Positions 30,076 to 40,139 of a DNA stretch of 55,527 bases are shown here, one piece after another. Source of the stretch: Promethearchaeia archaeon (GTDB lineage Archaea; Asgardarchaeota; Lokiarchaeia; Sigyniarchaeales; SOKP01); NCBI GenBank assembly GCA_029856155.1, contig JAHQWL010000021.1, positions 1 through 55,527 of the forward strand, read 5' to 3'. The notes beneath the pieces were generated by a model. The model was not told where the DNA came from, did no database searches, and worked only from the letters and a program-made list of their open reading frames with translations. Positions within the stretch are counted from its first letter, which is position 1, and every line of letters starts with the position of its first letter. Position numbers and translations under genes: made by a program.

Positions 30076-32052
30076 TTACTCCTCAATAGGTAATAATTCA
30101 TCAATATATGCAACATACTGATTATCTTTATAATGAGCTAGCTCTATAGCTTTTGAGGGACAAAGTGATTCGCAAATTCCACATCCTCTACAGCTAATAA
30201 TATCCACTTGAATTAATCCATTTTCATTGATTGAAATCGCACCATATGGACACGCTTCAATACATTTATAACATTTAGCACAACGTTCATCTAATGGTTG
30301 AGCACGGATTAATTCCATTGTATATTTCTCATTTTTCATAGGTATATTAGCTGAGGAAGCAGCCCCCTTCGCTTGACTAACAGTGAGATCTATAGATTTT
30401 TGTCCTTGACAAGAACCCGCTAAATAGATACCTGGGACTTTTGTATTAATTGGATCGAGCCGTGCATGCCTTTCTTTTAAGAATCCATCCGGTGTTTTTT
30501 CGATATTCATTACCGAAGCTATTTCATTTGTACCTTGAGAAGGCAAAGAAGCTGATGATAATACTACCATATGGAATTCCATTTCTACGATAGAATCTGT
30601 ACCAACTGGTTCAAATTGTATTTTTAGATTTTTAGTGAGAGGATCTTCTTCTATTTTTCCAATTAAACCTTTGATAAATAATATTCCCGCATCTCGAGCT
30701 CTTCTATAGTATTCTTCATACATTTTTCCAGCACATCTCATATCGATATAACTTACAACAATCTCTGAATCAGGGTATTCTGACATTATTAACTTAGAAT
30801 TCTTTACAGATAAATTACAACATACCACACTGCAATACTCATTTGTTTTTAAAGATCTTGATCCTACACAATTTATAAATAAAACCTTTGTAGGACGCTT
30901 TCCATCGGAGGGACGTTTCAAATGTCCAAAAGTTGGACCATTTGGCGCAATTATCCTCTCTAACTGGATTTGTGTAATTACATTCTCATAGCTTCCATAA
31001 CCATAATCATCACCTTGATAAAGATCCCAGCCTGTAGCGACTATTATTGTACCTACTTCCAATTCTAAGATCTTCTCTTGTTGACTAAAATCTATTGCTT
31101 CAGTATCACATGCATCTACACATGCAAAACATTCAATGCAAGAATCTCTTTCAATATCTGAGATTGCAGGAACTGCTTGAGCAAATGCTATATCTATGCA
31201 TTTTCGTGCGGAGAGATTTTCATCAAAGTAATTTGGTATATATACTGGGCATACTTCAGTACATGCACCACACCCAGTACATTTGTCTTCATGAACAAAA
31301 CGTGGTCTTCTCTTTACTTTTACCCTAAAATTACCGATATATCCTTCAACACTAATTACTTCACTATAAGATAAAATTTCGATATTTTCATGTCTATCCG
31401 CTTCAAGCATTTTTGGACCAAGAATTCATATACTACAATCATCGGTGGGAAATGTTCGATCAAGTTGGGACATTCTTCCTCCGATTGTAGTTTTCTTTTC
31501 TACTAAATATACTTTATAGCCTGCATCACCTAAGTCAATAGCTGCACTTAATCCCGCAATTCCTCCTCCAATAACTAGTGAAGTTGTTTTTATTGGAACC
31601 GTTTTTGTAGGAATATCCTCTAATAATTGTGCTCTTGAGATGCCTGCCTTAATTAATTCAATTGCTTTTACATTTGCTTTATCTCGAATTTCTTTTGCTT
31701 GATGAACATAACTACAATGTTCTCTAATATTAGTAAATTCTAAATATCTCTGTGGTATTCCTGCTTCTTTTAAGATTCCATGAAAAACAGGCTCATGGGT
31801 TAAAGGAGTTCAAGCAGCAACAACTACACGATTGAATCCCTTTTCTTCTATTTGTTCCTTTATATATTCAGCTCCACCAGATGTACACATATTTAAATAT
31901 TCATAACTATACACGTTAGGTAGTTTACCAATTTCATCTACAATTTTTGGAACATCTAAAATACCTGCAACATTGATACCTCAGCGACACACAAATACGC
32001 CAACAACTGGCTTTTCATCGTTACTATTTTCATTGGTCTGTTTTCCAGACAA
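30076..32052 (-). CDS. hdrA: Heterodisulfide reductase subunit A, selenoprotein with 3 in-frame UGA (658 aa); the track shows only the C-terminal 444 aa
   Basis: AGGTGA RBS plus TTG at 32052; GVFVCR(U)GINVAG, VVVAA(U)TPLTHE, NIREHCS, IGGGIAG, TFPTDDCSI(U)ILGP, continuous in frame with the ORF starting at 31410; TGA at codons 24, 81 and 209. Confidence 0.92.
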
Positions 32053-32345
32053 ATATATCACCTTAGTTAAACCTAACCTCCTAATTTTTAACGATCATAT
32101 TTCCTCTTAGTTTCTTAGAGTAAACATAAGAAATGTATTATGATCATGTAAATAGTCTATATTATTAAAATTAAATTATTATAACATGTCAATTCTCTTT
32201 TAGTAATATTTCATGAGTTTATAATCAATGTTTAATTCAAAGGACTCATTAAATTGAAACTTATAGAGGAAATTGTTTAATAATTATATTAAGTGAAATT
32301 TTAAAAATTTAGAATAAAAAATAAAGGAAATTGAAAATAAAAAAT

Positions 32346-32903
32346 TTAAGCTTCTGTTTCTTTTAGGATATCTCCAAATAGTCGTTTTACAGCATCAATT
32401 CGTTTCTCTTCACCAATTTGTTCTACGTCTTTTAAAGATATGGCTTCTTTTGGGCAAACATCAATACATGCAGGATATCTTTCTCCCCTTTCAGGATCTA
32501 TATATTCTTCCTTCATTGTTTCACAAAGATCACAGATAATAGCCTTCTGGGATTGTAAATGTAAGCTTAGAACCCCAAAATCACATGCACGGATACAAAA
32601 AGCACATCCATTGCATTTATCATCATTTACTATAATTGATCCAGTTTCTTTATCTTGCTCTAAAGCTTTTTCTGGACAACTACGAACACATGGAGCATTA
32701 TCACACTTTTGGCATGCTAATGCGACATTTAAGATAGGTTCAATCCTTACTCTATGAATTCTTGTATTAATTGGGTTAAATTCACCATCATGCACGAATG
32801 AACAAACAGATTCACATGTCTCGCAACCTGTACAAAGATTTGGGTCTACAATAATAAATTGGTGGACTATACCGCCTCTTTTTTTCGTTCCACTTTTTGA
32901 CAT
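32346..32903 (-). CDS. 4Fe-4S dicluster protein (AOR electron-transfer subunit)
   Basis: CTGCETC, CQKCDNAPCVRSCP, CNGCAFCIRAC, CDLC...PACIDVCP. Confidence 0.9.
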   Translation of the reverse strand: MSKSGTKKRGGIVHQFIIVDPNLCTGCETCESVCSFVHDGEFNPINTRIHRVRIEPILNVALACQKCDNAPCVRSCPEKALEQDKETGSIIVNDDKCNGCAFCIRACDFGVLSLHLQSQKAIICDLCETMKEEYIDPERGERYPACIDVCPKEAISLKDVEQIGEEKRIDAVKRLFGDILKETEA

Positions 32904-32906
32904 TTA

Positions 32907-34835
32907 CTATTTACCTCCAGCAGCTTTTAATTTACCAATTACAAAATCTAATCCAAGAGACTTTAATGTTTCATCAGTTGGAATTCCTGTCTTAGTATCC
33001 CAGCCACGAGCTTCATAATAACCACTTAATAACGTTTGATATCCTTCTTCCTTTAAAGTAACTCCTTTAGCTGGTCCTTTTGTATGTGATTCCTTAAAGA
33101 ACCTCTCAGGAGGGTGATCATCATCTCTTGTCCATCCTTCTCGAATGTTAAAGCATTTTGAAAGATTAACTATGGCATCTCCTCTCTTTTGTATAAATTT
33201 ATCAGTTACCGGAATTCCAGTTACAAGTTCAAAGACTTTAGCCATTTCAGCATCATTTTCATAAATTCCTCGAGTAAATTTACATACTATATATGAATCA
33301 ATAATTCCATAGATGTCTTCTAATTCCTTAATAGCTTTTCCTCTTTCAAGGGGTTTATCATAGGCAAATCTATCAAATTTACCTTTTGCGTCTAATCCAT
33401 ATGCTCCATTTCTTAAATGGCATGCTCCTCTAATGGAAACACTTTCTCCAACGGCAAATGAGGACATTCCATGAAGATCAAATGCCGGCATTTCCAAGCC
33501 TTTAATGTGCATACCGTAAAAGCTAGCATTTTTTATTCCTTTTTCCTCTAATCTGATGCCTGCTTGTTTAGTACCATCGCCAAAAATCTCCCCAGCAAAG
33601 CCCTTACCAAGTATCATTTCTTCTGTGAATTTCACGAGATTTACCGTTGATCCAAAGGGTAATTCATAGCCTAAATCCTTTTTAGTAATTAAACCGAGAT
33701 CATATAATTCACAGGCCATTGCGGCAGTTACACCTCCTGAAATTGCGTCAATCCCTAAATCATCGCATAATTGAACGCATTTAAATACGGTAGGCCAATC
33801 TGAACACCCCGTAGCACTGCCAAACGAATAACAAATTTCTACATCTATGCTTGCATATAAATTAGGCCAATTAGGATGTGTTTTTGGTACATGTGCGATG
33901 TGATCGCATGCAATAGAGCATTGAGAGCATCCAACCTTTTTCACTACCCAATCTTCATTAAGAGTATCACCTGTAAAAGTTCCATCGTCAATCTTTTCCC
34001 ATGTTCCCTCACGATGGTTACAAATTGGGAACATCCCTAACTTATTGTAGCTTGTTATCCCTGCAGGCGTACCTAAATCACGATATTTAGCAGTAGCAGG
34101 ACCATTAGCAACCTTAATTAATTTTCTCGCTAGCTTATAAAATTCAACTGGTTGAGCAACTTTTACGCCTTTTGTGCCTCTAAAGCATATTGCTTTTAGA
34201 TTCTTAGACCCCATAACTGTACCCATGCCAGTTCTACCTGCTTGTCTGTTACGATCATTAGTTATACACGCCATTCGGCTCATTCGTTCTCCAGCAGGAC
34301 CAATTGCCATGACTGCCAATCTCTGATCTTGAAATTCTTCTCTTACAAGTTCTTCTGTATCCCAACAACCTTTTCCCGCAAGGTCTGGGCATGGTACAAT
34401 ATAATAATCATCATCATCCACAACCATATATGAAAGTTCAGATGCTTTCCCTTTGAATACAACCATATTGATACCAGCGCGGCGAGCTTGAGCTCCAATG
34501 GATCCAGAGGATATTGACATACCAAACATACCGGTTAATGGAGATTTAGCAAATACTCCATATTTAGAACTTGTTGGTAGTATAGTAGCTGGAAATGGGC
34601 CATGTGCATACAAAAATACGTTCTCTGGGCTTAGGGGATCAACTCCCGCAGGACATTCGTCCCATAGGATTTTAGCAGCAAAACCATATCCACCAATCCA
34701 ATCGCGACAGAATTCATTAGATAGTGTAGATTTACTAATCTTTCCATCGGTTAGATCTACATCAAGTCTAAGTTGTGTATAACCCGAAATCTTATCAGGA
34801 ATAGTTATTTCTTTAGTTTTACTCATGTTTTTCAC
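32907..34835 (-). CDS. aor: Aldehyde:ferredoxin oxidoreductase family protein
   Basis: AKSPLTG, IGPAGE, GRTGMGTVMGSKNLKA, CDDLGIDAIS, RGACH, YYEARGWD; start possibly ATG at 34826. Confidence 0.92.
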   Translation of the reverse strand: MKNMSKTKEITIPDKISGYTQLRLDVDLTDGKISKSTLSNEFCRDWIGGYGFAAKILWDECPAGVDPLSPENVFLYAHGPFPATILPTSSKYGVFAKSPLTGMFGMSISSGSIGAQARRAGINMVVFKGKASELSYMVVDDDDYYIVPCPDLAGKGCWDTEELVREEFQDQRLAVMAIGPAGERMSRMACITNDRNRQAGRTGMGTVMGSKNLKAICFRGTKGVKVAQPVEFYKLARKLIKVANGPATAKYRDLGTPAGITSYNKLGMFPICNHREGTWEKIDDGTFTGDTLNEDWVVKKVGCSQCSIACDHIAHVPKTHPNWPNLYASIDVEICYSFGSATGCSDWPTVFKCVQLCDDLGIDAISGGVTAAMACELYDLGLITKKDLGYELPFGSTVNLVKFTEEMILGKGFAGEIFGDGTKQAGIRLEEKGIKNASFYGMHIKGLEMPAFDLHGMSSFAVGESVSIRGACHLRNGAYGLDAKGKFDRFAYDKPLERGKAIKELEDIYGIIDSYIVCKFTRGIYENDAEMAKVFELVTGIPVTDKFIQKRGDAIVNLSKCFNIREGWTRDDDHPPERFFKESHTKGPAKGVTLKEEGYQTLLSGYYEARGWDTKTGIPTDETLKSLGLDFVIGKLKAAGGK

Positions 34836-35253
34836 TATTATTTATGAGTTATTTTTTGTAGAAAATAATTATGAAAAAATAAAGTATCAAAATTTTAAAG
34901 GTTATTTGTTAATTATAGAAATCTCTTCCTTTAAAATTATTTAATAGATTTTTTTTCTAATTAAGCGAATATTAAACAAAATGATTTTACAAATTTGTAA
35001 GTATTAAGATAGAATAGTTATAAATAAACGAGTAGAATTATTGCGATGAATTTTGTTCCCATAAAAACGGATTGAAATTTTATAAACAAGAGGCGGTATA
35101 AAAATGCTTAATTTTTTAAGAAAAGGATAAGAAATATGATTAAATTACTTAAACTACATGTGTTTCGCTCCTAAGATTTTCTCATGGGAGAAAAAGTATA
35201 AATAAAAAATAAGCATACCATTCATAATCCAATAATATATAAAAACGTAAGGA

Positions 35254-37158
35254 ATGATAATGAGATATATTAAATTCTATTTATTAGGATTTATTGTATT
35301 CTTGAGTTTTAGTTATATATTACTAGGAACTAAAACTGTTAGTAATAAACAAGATGATCAGTATGATAGGAATATTGTATCCCCTCTAACCGCAGAAAGC
35401 CCCTTTGTTTGTGAATGGTATCGCATGTGGAGCGGACAAACTCATTCTCCGTGGGAGAATTATAGGGATTGTAGCAATTGAGTGGTAGTAGATTCGTCGG
35501 GTAATGTGTACATTGTGGGAACAATGACGCCAATGTATCATCCACACACTAATATACTACTGCTAAAATACAACAGTATCGGAACATTGCAATGGGAATA
35601 CACATGGGGAATAGATGATTGGGATGATGAGGGCATTGGAGTGGCAGTAGATTCATCGGATAATGTGTATATTACAGGATATGTATCAGGTCAAGGAGCA
35701 GGAGGTTGGGATATGATATTGAAAAAATTTGGGACGAATCCTTGGATTCGCATTTGGGGTGGAGTTTATAATAATGTAGGTACAGGAGTGGCGGTGGATT
35801 CATCGGATAACGTGTATGTTGCGGGACCTACAGCGAGTTTTGGGGCGGGAGGTTCGGATATGTTTTTGAGAAAATATAATGGAAACGGGGTAAAACAATG
35901 GAATTGCACATGGGGTGGAACTGGTTGGGATTGGGGCAGTGGAGTGGTAGTGGATTCATCAAACAATGTGTATCTTATGGGAACAACAGAAAGTTTTGGG
36001 GTGGGAGGTCGGAATATAGCTTTGGTAAAATATAACGGAAGTGGGGTGCAGCAATGGAATTGCACATGGGGCGGAGGTTTTGATGACTATGGCTGTGGAG
36101 TGGCGGTGGATTCATCAGATAATGTGTATCTTACGGGATATACAGGGAGTTTTGGGGCAGGAGGTTCGGATATGTTTTTGGTAAAATATAACGGAAGCGG
36201 GGTGCAACAATGGAATTGCACATGGGGCGGAATTTTTGATGACTATGGCTATGGAGTAGTGGTGGATTCATTAAATAATGTGTATGTTACAGGAGAAGCG
36301 GATCCATACTATGAATCATGTGCATTTTTAGTTTTGGTAAAGTATGATGAAAATGGCGTGCAGCAATGGAATTGCACGTGGAGTATGGGGGGTACCTATG
36401 GGACGGAGGGTAGAGGAGTGGCAGCAGATTCTTTGGATCATTTGTTCGTTGCAGGTACACATTATGATAATGATATAATTTTGGCGAAATTTGGTCCAGA
36501 TATTTACGATCCAATAATAAATGTAAGCAATCCAGAGCGAAATAACGCATTTGGAACGAACGCACCTGATTTTGATATTTCTATTATAGAGCCAAATTTA
36601 GATTCGACTTGGTATACCATTGATAATGGAATTACTAATATTACCTTTAATAGTTTAACTGGAACAATTAATCAAACAGAATGGGATAAGAAGAGTGACT
36701 ATGAAGAGATTACACTTACATTTTATGCAAATGATACCGAAGGACATATTGGATCAAAGAATGTTATAATTTGGAAAGATATAATTGCTCCAAAAATTAC
36801 GATTCATTCTCCCATAGCTAATAAAAAATTTGGGGAAAATGCTCCTAATTTCAATATTTCTATAATTGAAGAAGATTTACTATCTTCATGGTATACTATT
36901 GAAGGCGTATCGAGCAATTTTAATATTACTGAATCGACTGGAACAATAAATCAAGACGCATGGAGTGGTTTACCTCAAGGAGAAATTATGATTACTTTTT
37001 ATGCCCAAGATCGAGCAGGAAATATAGAGAGTGAAAGTGTTGATATTATAAAAAGCATCCCTACAGAACAAGCGATTCCAGGGTATAATGGGTTCCTTCT
37101 GCTTGGTATTTTAGCCGTTGGATCAATACTTATGATCAAAAAATTAAGGAAATCTTAG
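35254..37158 (+). pseudogene. Secreted SBBP-type beta-propeller surface protein with IPGY anchor, interrupted by in-frame TGA at 35479-35481
   Basis: Track ORFs 35254..35481 and 35482..37158 are contiguous in one frame. Signal peptide in the first; seven GV(A/V)VDSS-type repeats, two Ig-like repeats and IPGY-TM-KKLRKS anchor follow. Confidence 0.75.
35785..36408 (+). repeat. Intragenic 156-bp tandem repeats (propeller blades)
   Basis: 'ggagt(g/a)g(c/t)(g/a)gtggattcat' recurs at 35785, 35941, 36097 and 36253. Confidence 0.9.
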
Positions 37159-37273
37159 ATTTTAACTTTGTTTTCGATATTTTTTTTTTATCTCTTTTTA
37201 TGATTCTTCAATATCTCTATTGTAATATTGGAGTAAAATTGCACTCTTGGATAAGAAAAATAATAAAATTTAA

Positions 37274-40036
37274 TTACACTAAAAAGAGTAGTCTTCCGAG
37301 AAAACTTACGATATCGATAACCTTTATTTTATTTTTTAATTCTCTGTTTTCATTTAGATAACAATTTAAATGGGCAATACATTTAGGGCATGCAGTAATA
37401 AGGTATTCTGCTCCAGTTTCAATTGCTTGTAATATTTTTTTTTCTTGTAATTTTTTTGAATCTTGATTGCAAGAAACATAAGCCGAAACACCACAACAAT
37501 CTGCATCTTGCTTATTATCTTCCATTTCTATTAATTCTAAAGATGGTATAAGTTTCAATACCTCACGTGGTGCATCGAAAACGTTACTCATCCTCCCAAG
37601 CCTACATGGATCATGGTAGGTTACTTTAATTTTGTCAAAACCAGGAAAAGTTATATCTTTTAATAGATTTTCTTTAAGAATATATTCACTGATATGATAA
37701 ATATCAAAATCAAACTCGTCATTACCTTCAAATAATTTTTTATACTCATTTTTCCATGTATAATATCCTTCAGCACAACTAAAAATAAGAGTTTTCACTC
37801 CTGCATCTTTAAATAATTTTATATTATATTCCGCCAAAGTCTTAAATGTATCAACGTCTCCACGCCAAAGACTATCATGGCCACAACATTTTTCTTTTGG
37901 TAGAACAACTGGAGTTATGTTATTTTGATTTAATAAACCAATTACACTCTTGGGGATCTCATAATAATTAGGTGCATTTATTGAAGGCCAAATATCTTGA
38001 CTCCCATAATCACAGATCATAACACCTGAATCATCAAGTGCTTTTTCAAAATCCTCTGGCATCTGGTCAGTATTACAACAACAATTACAATTCAAACATC
38101 GATTAGCTTCTTTCTTTGCTTGTTCTTCAGTAAATCCTAATTCAATTTCCTCGAAACATACTAATCTCTCAGATCCAGGCATAAAATTCATGTCTTGACA
38201 TGTTTGAGTTTGAATGTATTTTTTAGGTATTGTAGATCGCTTAAGATCATTCTTTCTTATTCTTCCTTCCTTTAAGTCAAGTCCACGGAGATATCTATTA
38301 ATCGAATAAGCTGCTTCTCTACCATCTCCAATCGCATCAACAGCGCACATTAATGAGTTATAAATGATATCACCACCAGCAAAAACTCCTGGAATTCCTG
38401 TTTCATAAGTTAAATCATCAACTACAATTTTACCTCTTTCAATGTCTAATTTATTTTCTGTAGCAGCATTAATGGGTTCTGGATCAAGCCCTTGACCGAT
38501 AGCTATGACAATATAATCAACTACAATTTTAAACTCTGAACCTTCAATTTTACTTAATGGTCTTCTCCCTGTTTTAGGATCTGGATCTCCCCATTTTATT
38601 TTATAACAATTTAAGGCTAATTTACCATCAGATTCTTGTGTAATGTTTGCGGTTGATGTCTCAAAATGATACTCCATTACTTCTCGTTCAGCTTCATGTA
38701 AATCTTTAATTACATTCTTTAGAGCCTCTTCGGTTAAAATATCTACGAGATCAACTTTAGTTGCTCCTAACCGAAGTGCAGTTTCACCAACATCTACAGC
38801 AACTGCACCCCCTCCTATAATTCCAAAAGTTTTTCCTTTAAATTCTTCTGGATTTTCTGAACACTTATATTTTCGATCTAAAAGGAAATCAAGTGCCACA
38901 TGGACATTTGGTAAATTCTCACCTTCAAGTCTAAGAGTTTTTGGAACATATAAACCTACAGCTATAAAGATTGCCTTATATCCCTGTTTCCATATATCTT
39001 CTATAGTAAAATCTGGACCGAATTCTTTATTTAAAACAATTTCTACACCCATACTTTTTATAAATTCTACATCCTGATCTAAAGCCTTGTCAGAAAGTCT
39101 GTATTGTGGCACACCATATCTTACTACTCCACCAGTCTTATCACCTTTCTCGAAAATAGTCGGTTTATATCCCATTCTTGCAAGAAAATATCCTGCTGAT
39201 AACCCACCTGGTCCGGCACCAATAATGGCAATCTTTTCTTTAGTTTGTGGTACGGGTTTTATTTTACTTTGGTTAGGATGTTCAACTTCCCAGTCGCAAA
39301 CAAACCTTTTAAGTTCGCGTATCGCTATTGGATCATCAAAATGTTGACGGTTACAATTTAAGGCACATTGAGCTGTACAAATTCTCCCACATAAATATGG
39401 TAATGGATTTGTTTCTCTTATCAAATCGAGAGCTTCTTGATACTTACCTTCTGCTATTAGTGATACATAACCTTGAACATCTACTCCAGCGGGACATCCT
39501 ACAACACATGGAGCCGCACCTGTTAAAAAGGGAACACATCCCATAAAATAACCAATTTCTCCCTTATCAGTTGTTTTTAATCCCGTTCCATCAAGGAAAC
39601 CTATTTTATTAGTAAATTTAATTTTGTCTTCAGCCATTAATTTTGGTAGACTTGAATATACCCTCTCGTAATTACAACTTAATAATCCATCTTGTAATGG
39701 CTTATAGTTTGAAGCAAGAGAGCGAAGGTCCTTAATAATTTGGTTGAAATTTACTCCAGTATTCTCTTTAGTCATTGGACAGTAAATGGAACATAACCCG
39801 CATGTAAGGCATTTCCATATATCATTATTTTTTAAAGCTTCTTCTGGTGTTAGAAAAGTTAAATCAGTTATTAGGCTACGTGGGTAAAAAATGTTGAGAA
39901 AAGCAGTTGGGCATACATTATTACAACGATTACAATTATAGCAATAGTTAGCAGCAGAATTTACTTTTTTAAGCAACTCTATTGAAGTTGTTCCCTTGAT
40001 TTTATCATCAGCTATTTTATTGTTAGATTCAGTCAT
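37274..40036 (-). CDS. HdrD/GlpC-like Fe-S oxidoreductase with inserted GltD/NfnB-like FAD/NAD(P) module
   Basis: N-terminal CYNCNRC and CLTCGLC; APCVVGCP, CGRIC, GAGPGG, GVFAGGD; then KCCG, YHDPCRLGR, DCCG, TACPKC. Confidence 0.85.
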   Translation of the reverse strand: MTESNNKIADDKIKGTTSIELLKKVNSAANYCYNCNRCNNVCPTAFLNIFYPRSLITDLTFLTPEEALKNNDIWKCLTCGLCSIYCPMTKENTGVNFNQIIKDLRSLASNYKPLQDGLLSCNYERVYSSLPKLMAEDKIKFTNKIGFLDGTGLKTTDKGEIGYFMGCVPFLTGAAPCVVGCPAGVDVQGYVSLIAEGKYQEALDLIRETNPLPYLCGRICTAQCALNCNRQHFDDPIAIRELKRFVCDWEVEHPNQSKIKPVPQTKEKIAIIGAGPGGLSAGYFLARMGYKPTIFEKGDKTGGVVRYGVPQYRLSDKALDQDVEFIKSMGVEIVLNKEFGPDFTIEDIWKQGYKAIFIAVGLYVPKTLRLEGENLPNVHVALDFLLDRKYKCSENPEEFKGKTFGIIGGGAVAVDVGETALRLGATKVDLVDILTEEALKNVIKDLHEAEREVMEYHFETSTANITQESDGKLALNCYKIKWGDPDPKTGRRPLSKIEGSEFKIVVDYIVIAIGQGLDPEPINAATENKLDIERGKIVVDDLTYETGIPGVFAGGDIIYNSLMCAVDAIGDGREAAYSINRYLRGLDLKEGRIRKNDLKRSTIPKKYIQTQTCQDMNFMPGSERLVCFEEIELGFTEEQAKKEANRCLNCNCCCNTDQMPEDFEKALDDSGVMICDYGSQDIWPSINAPNYYEIPKSVIGLLNQNNITPVVLPKEKCCGHDSLWRGDVDTFKTLAEYNIKLFKDAGVKTLIFSCAEGYYTWKNEYKKLFEGNDEFDFDIYHISEYILKENLLKDITFPGFDKIKVTYHDPCRLGRMSNVFDAPREVLKLIPSLELIEMEDNKQDADCCGVSAYVSCNQDSKKLQEKKILQAIETGAEYLITACPKCIAHLNCYLNENRELKNKIKVIDIVSFLGRLLFLV

Positions 40037-40139
40037 TTTTTATCAAGAAAATAGGTTTATTACAGTTTATTAAAAAGGTTGGGTTAATTTGAATATAATT
40101 GTTATAATTTGATTATGTAAATTTTATATTAATTATTTT

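Noticed and set aside
29610-32052. hdrA/vhuD as pseudogenes, or genome-wide UGA=Trp/Gly reassignment
   Set aside because: All five TGAs fall on conserved Cys/Sec columns, there are no frameshifts and a SECIS is present; other long ORFs lack internal TGA and several end in TGA
35479-35481. In-frame TGA as another selenocysteine
   Set aside because: It aligns with Gly (GGA) in six sister repeats, not Cys, and I saw no SECIS-like hairpin after 37158
35785-36408. CRISPR array
   Set aside because: The repeats are 156-bp in-frame coding units with no unique spacers, and no cas genes are present
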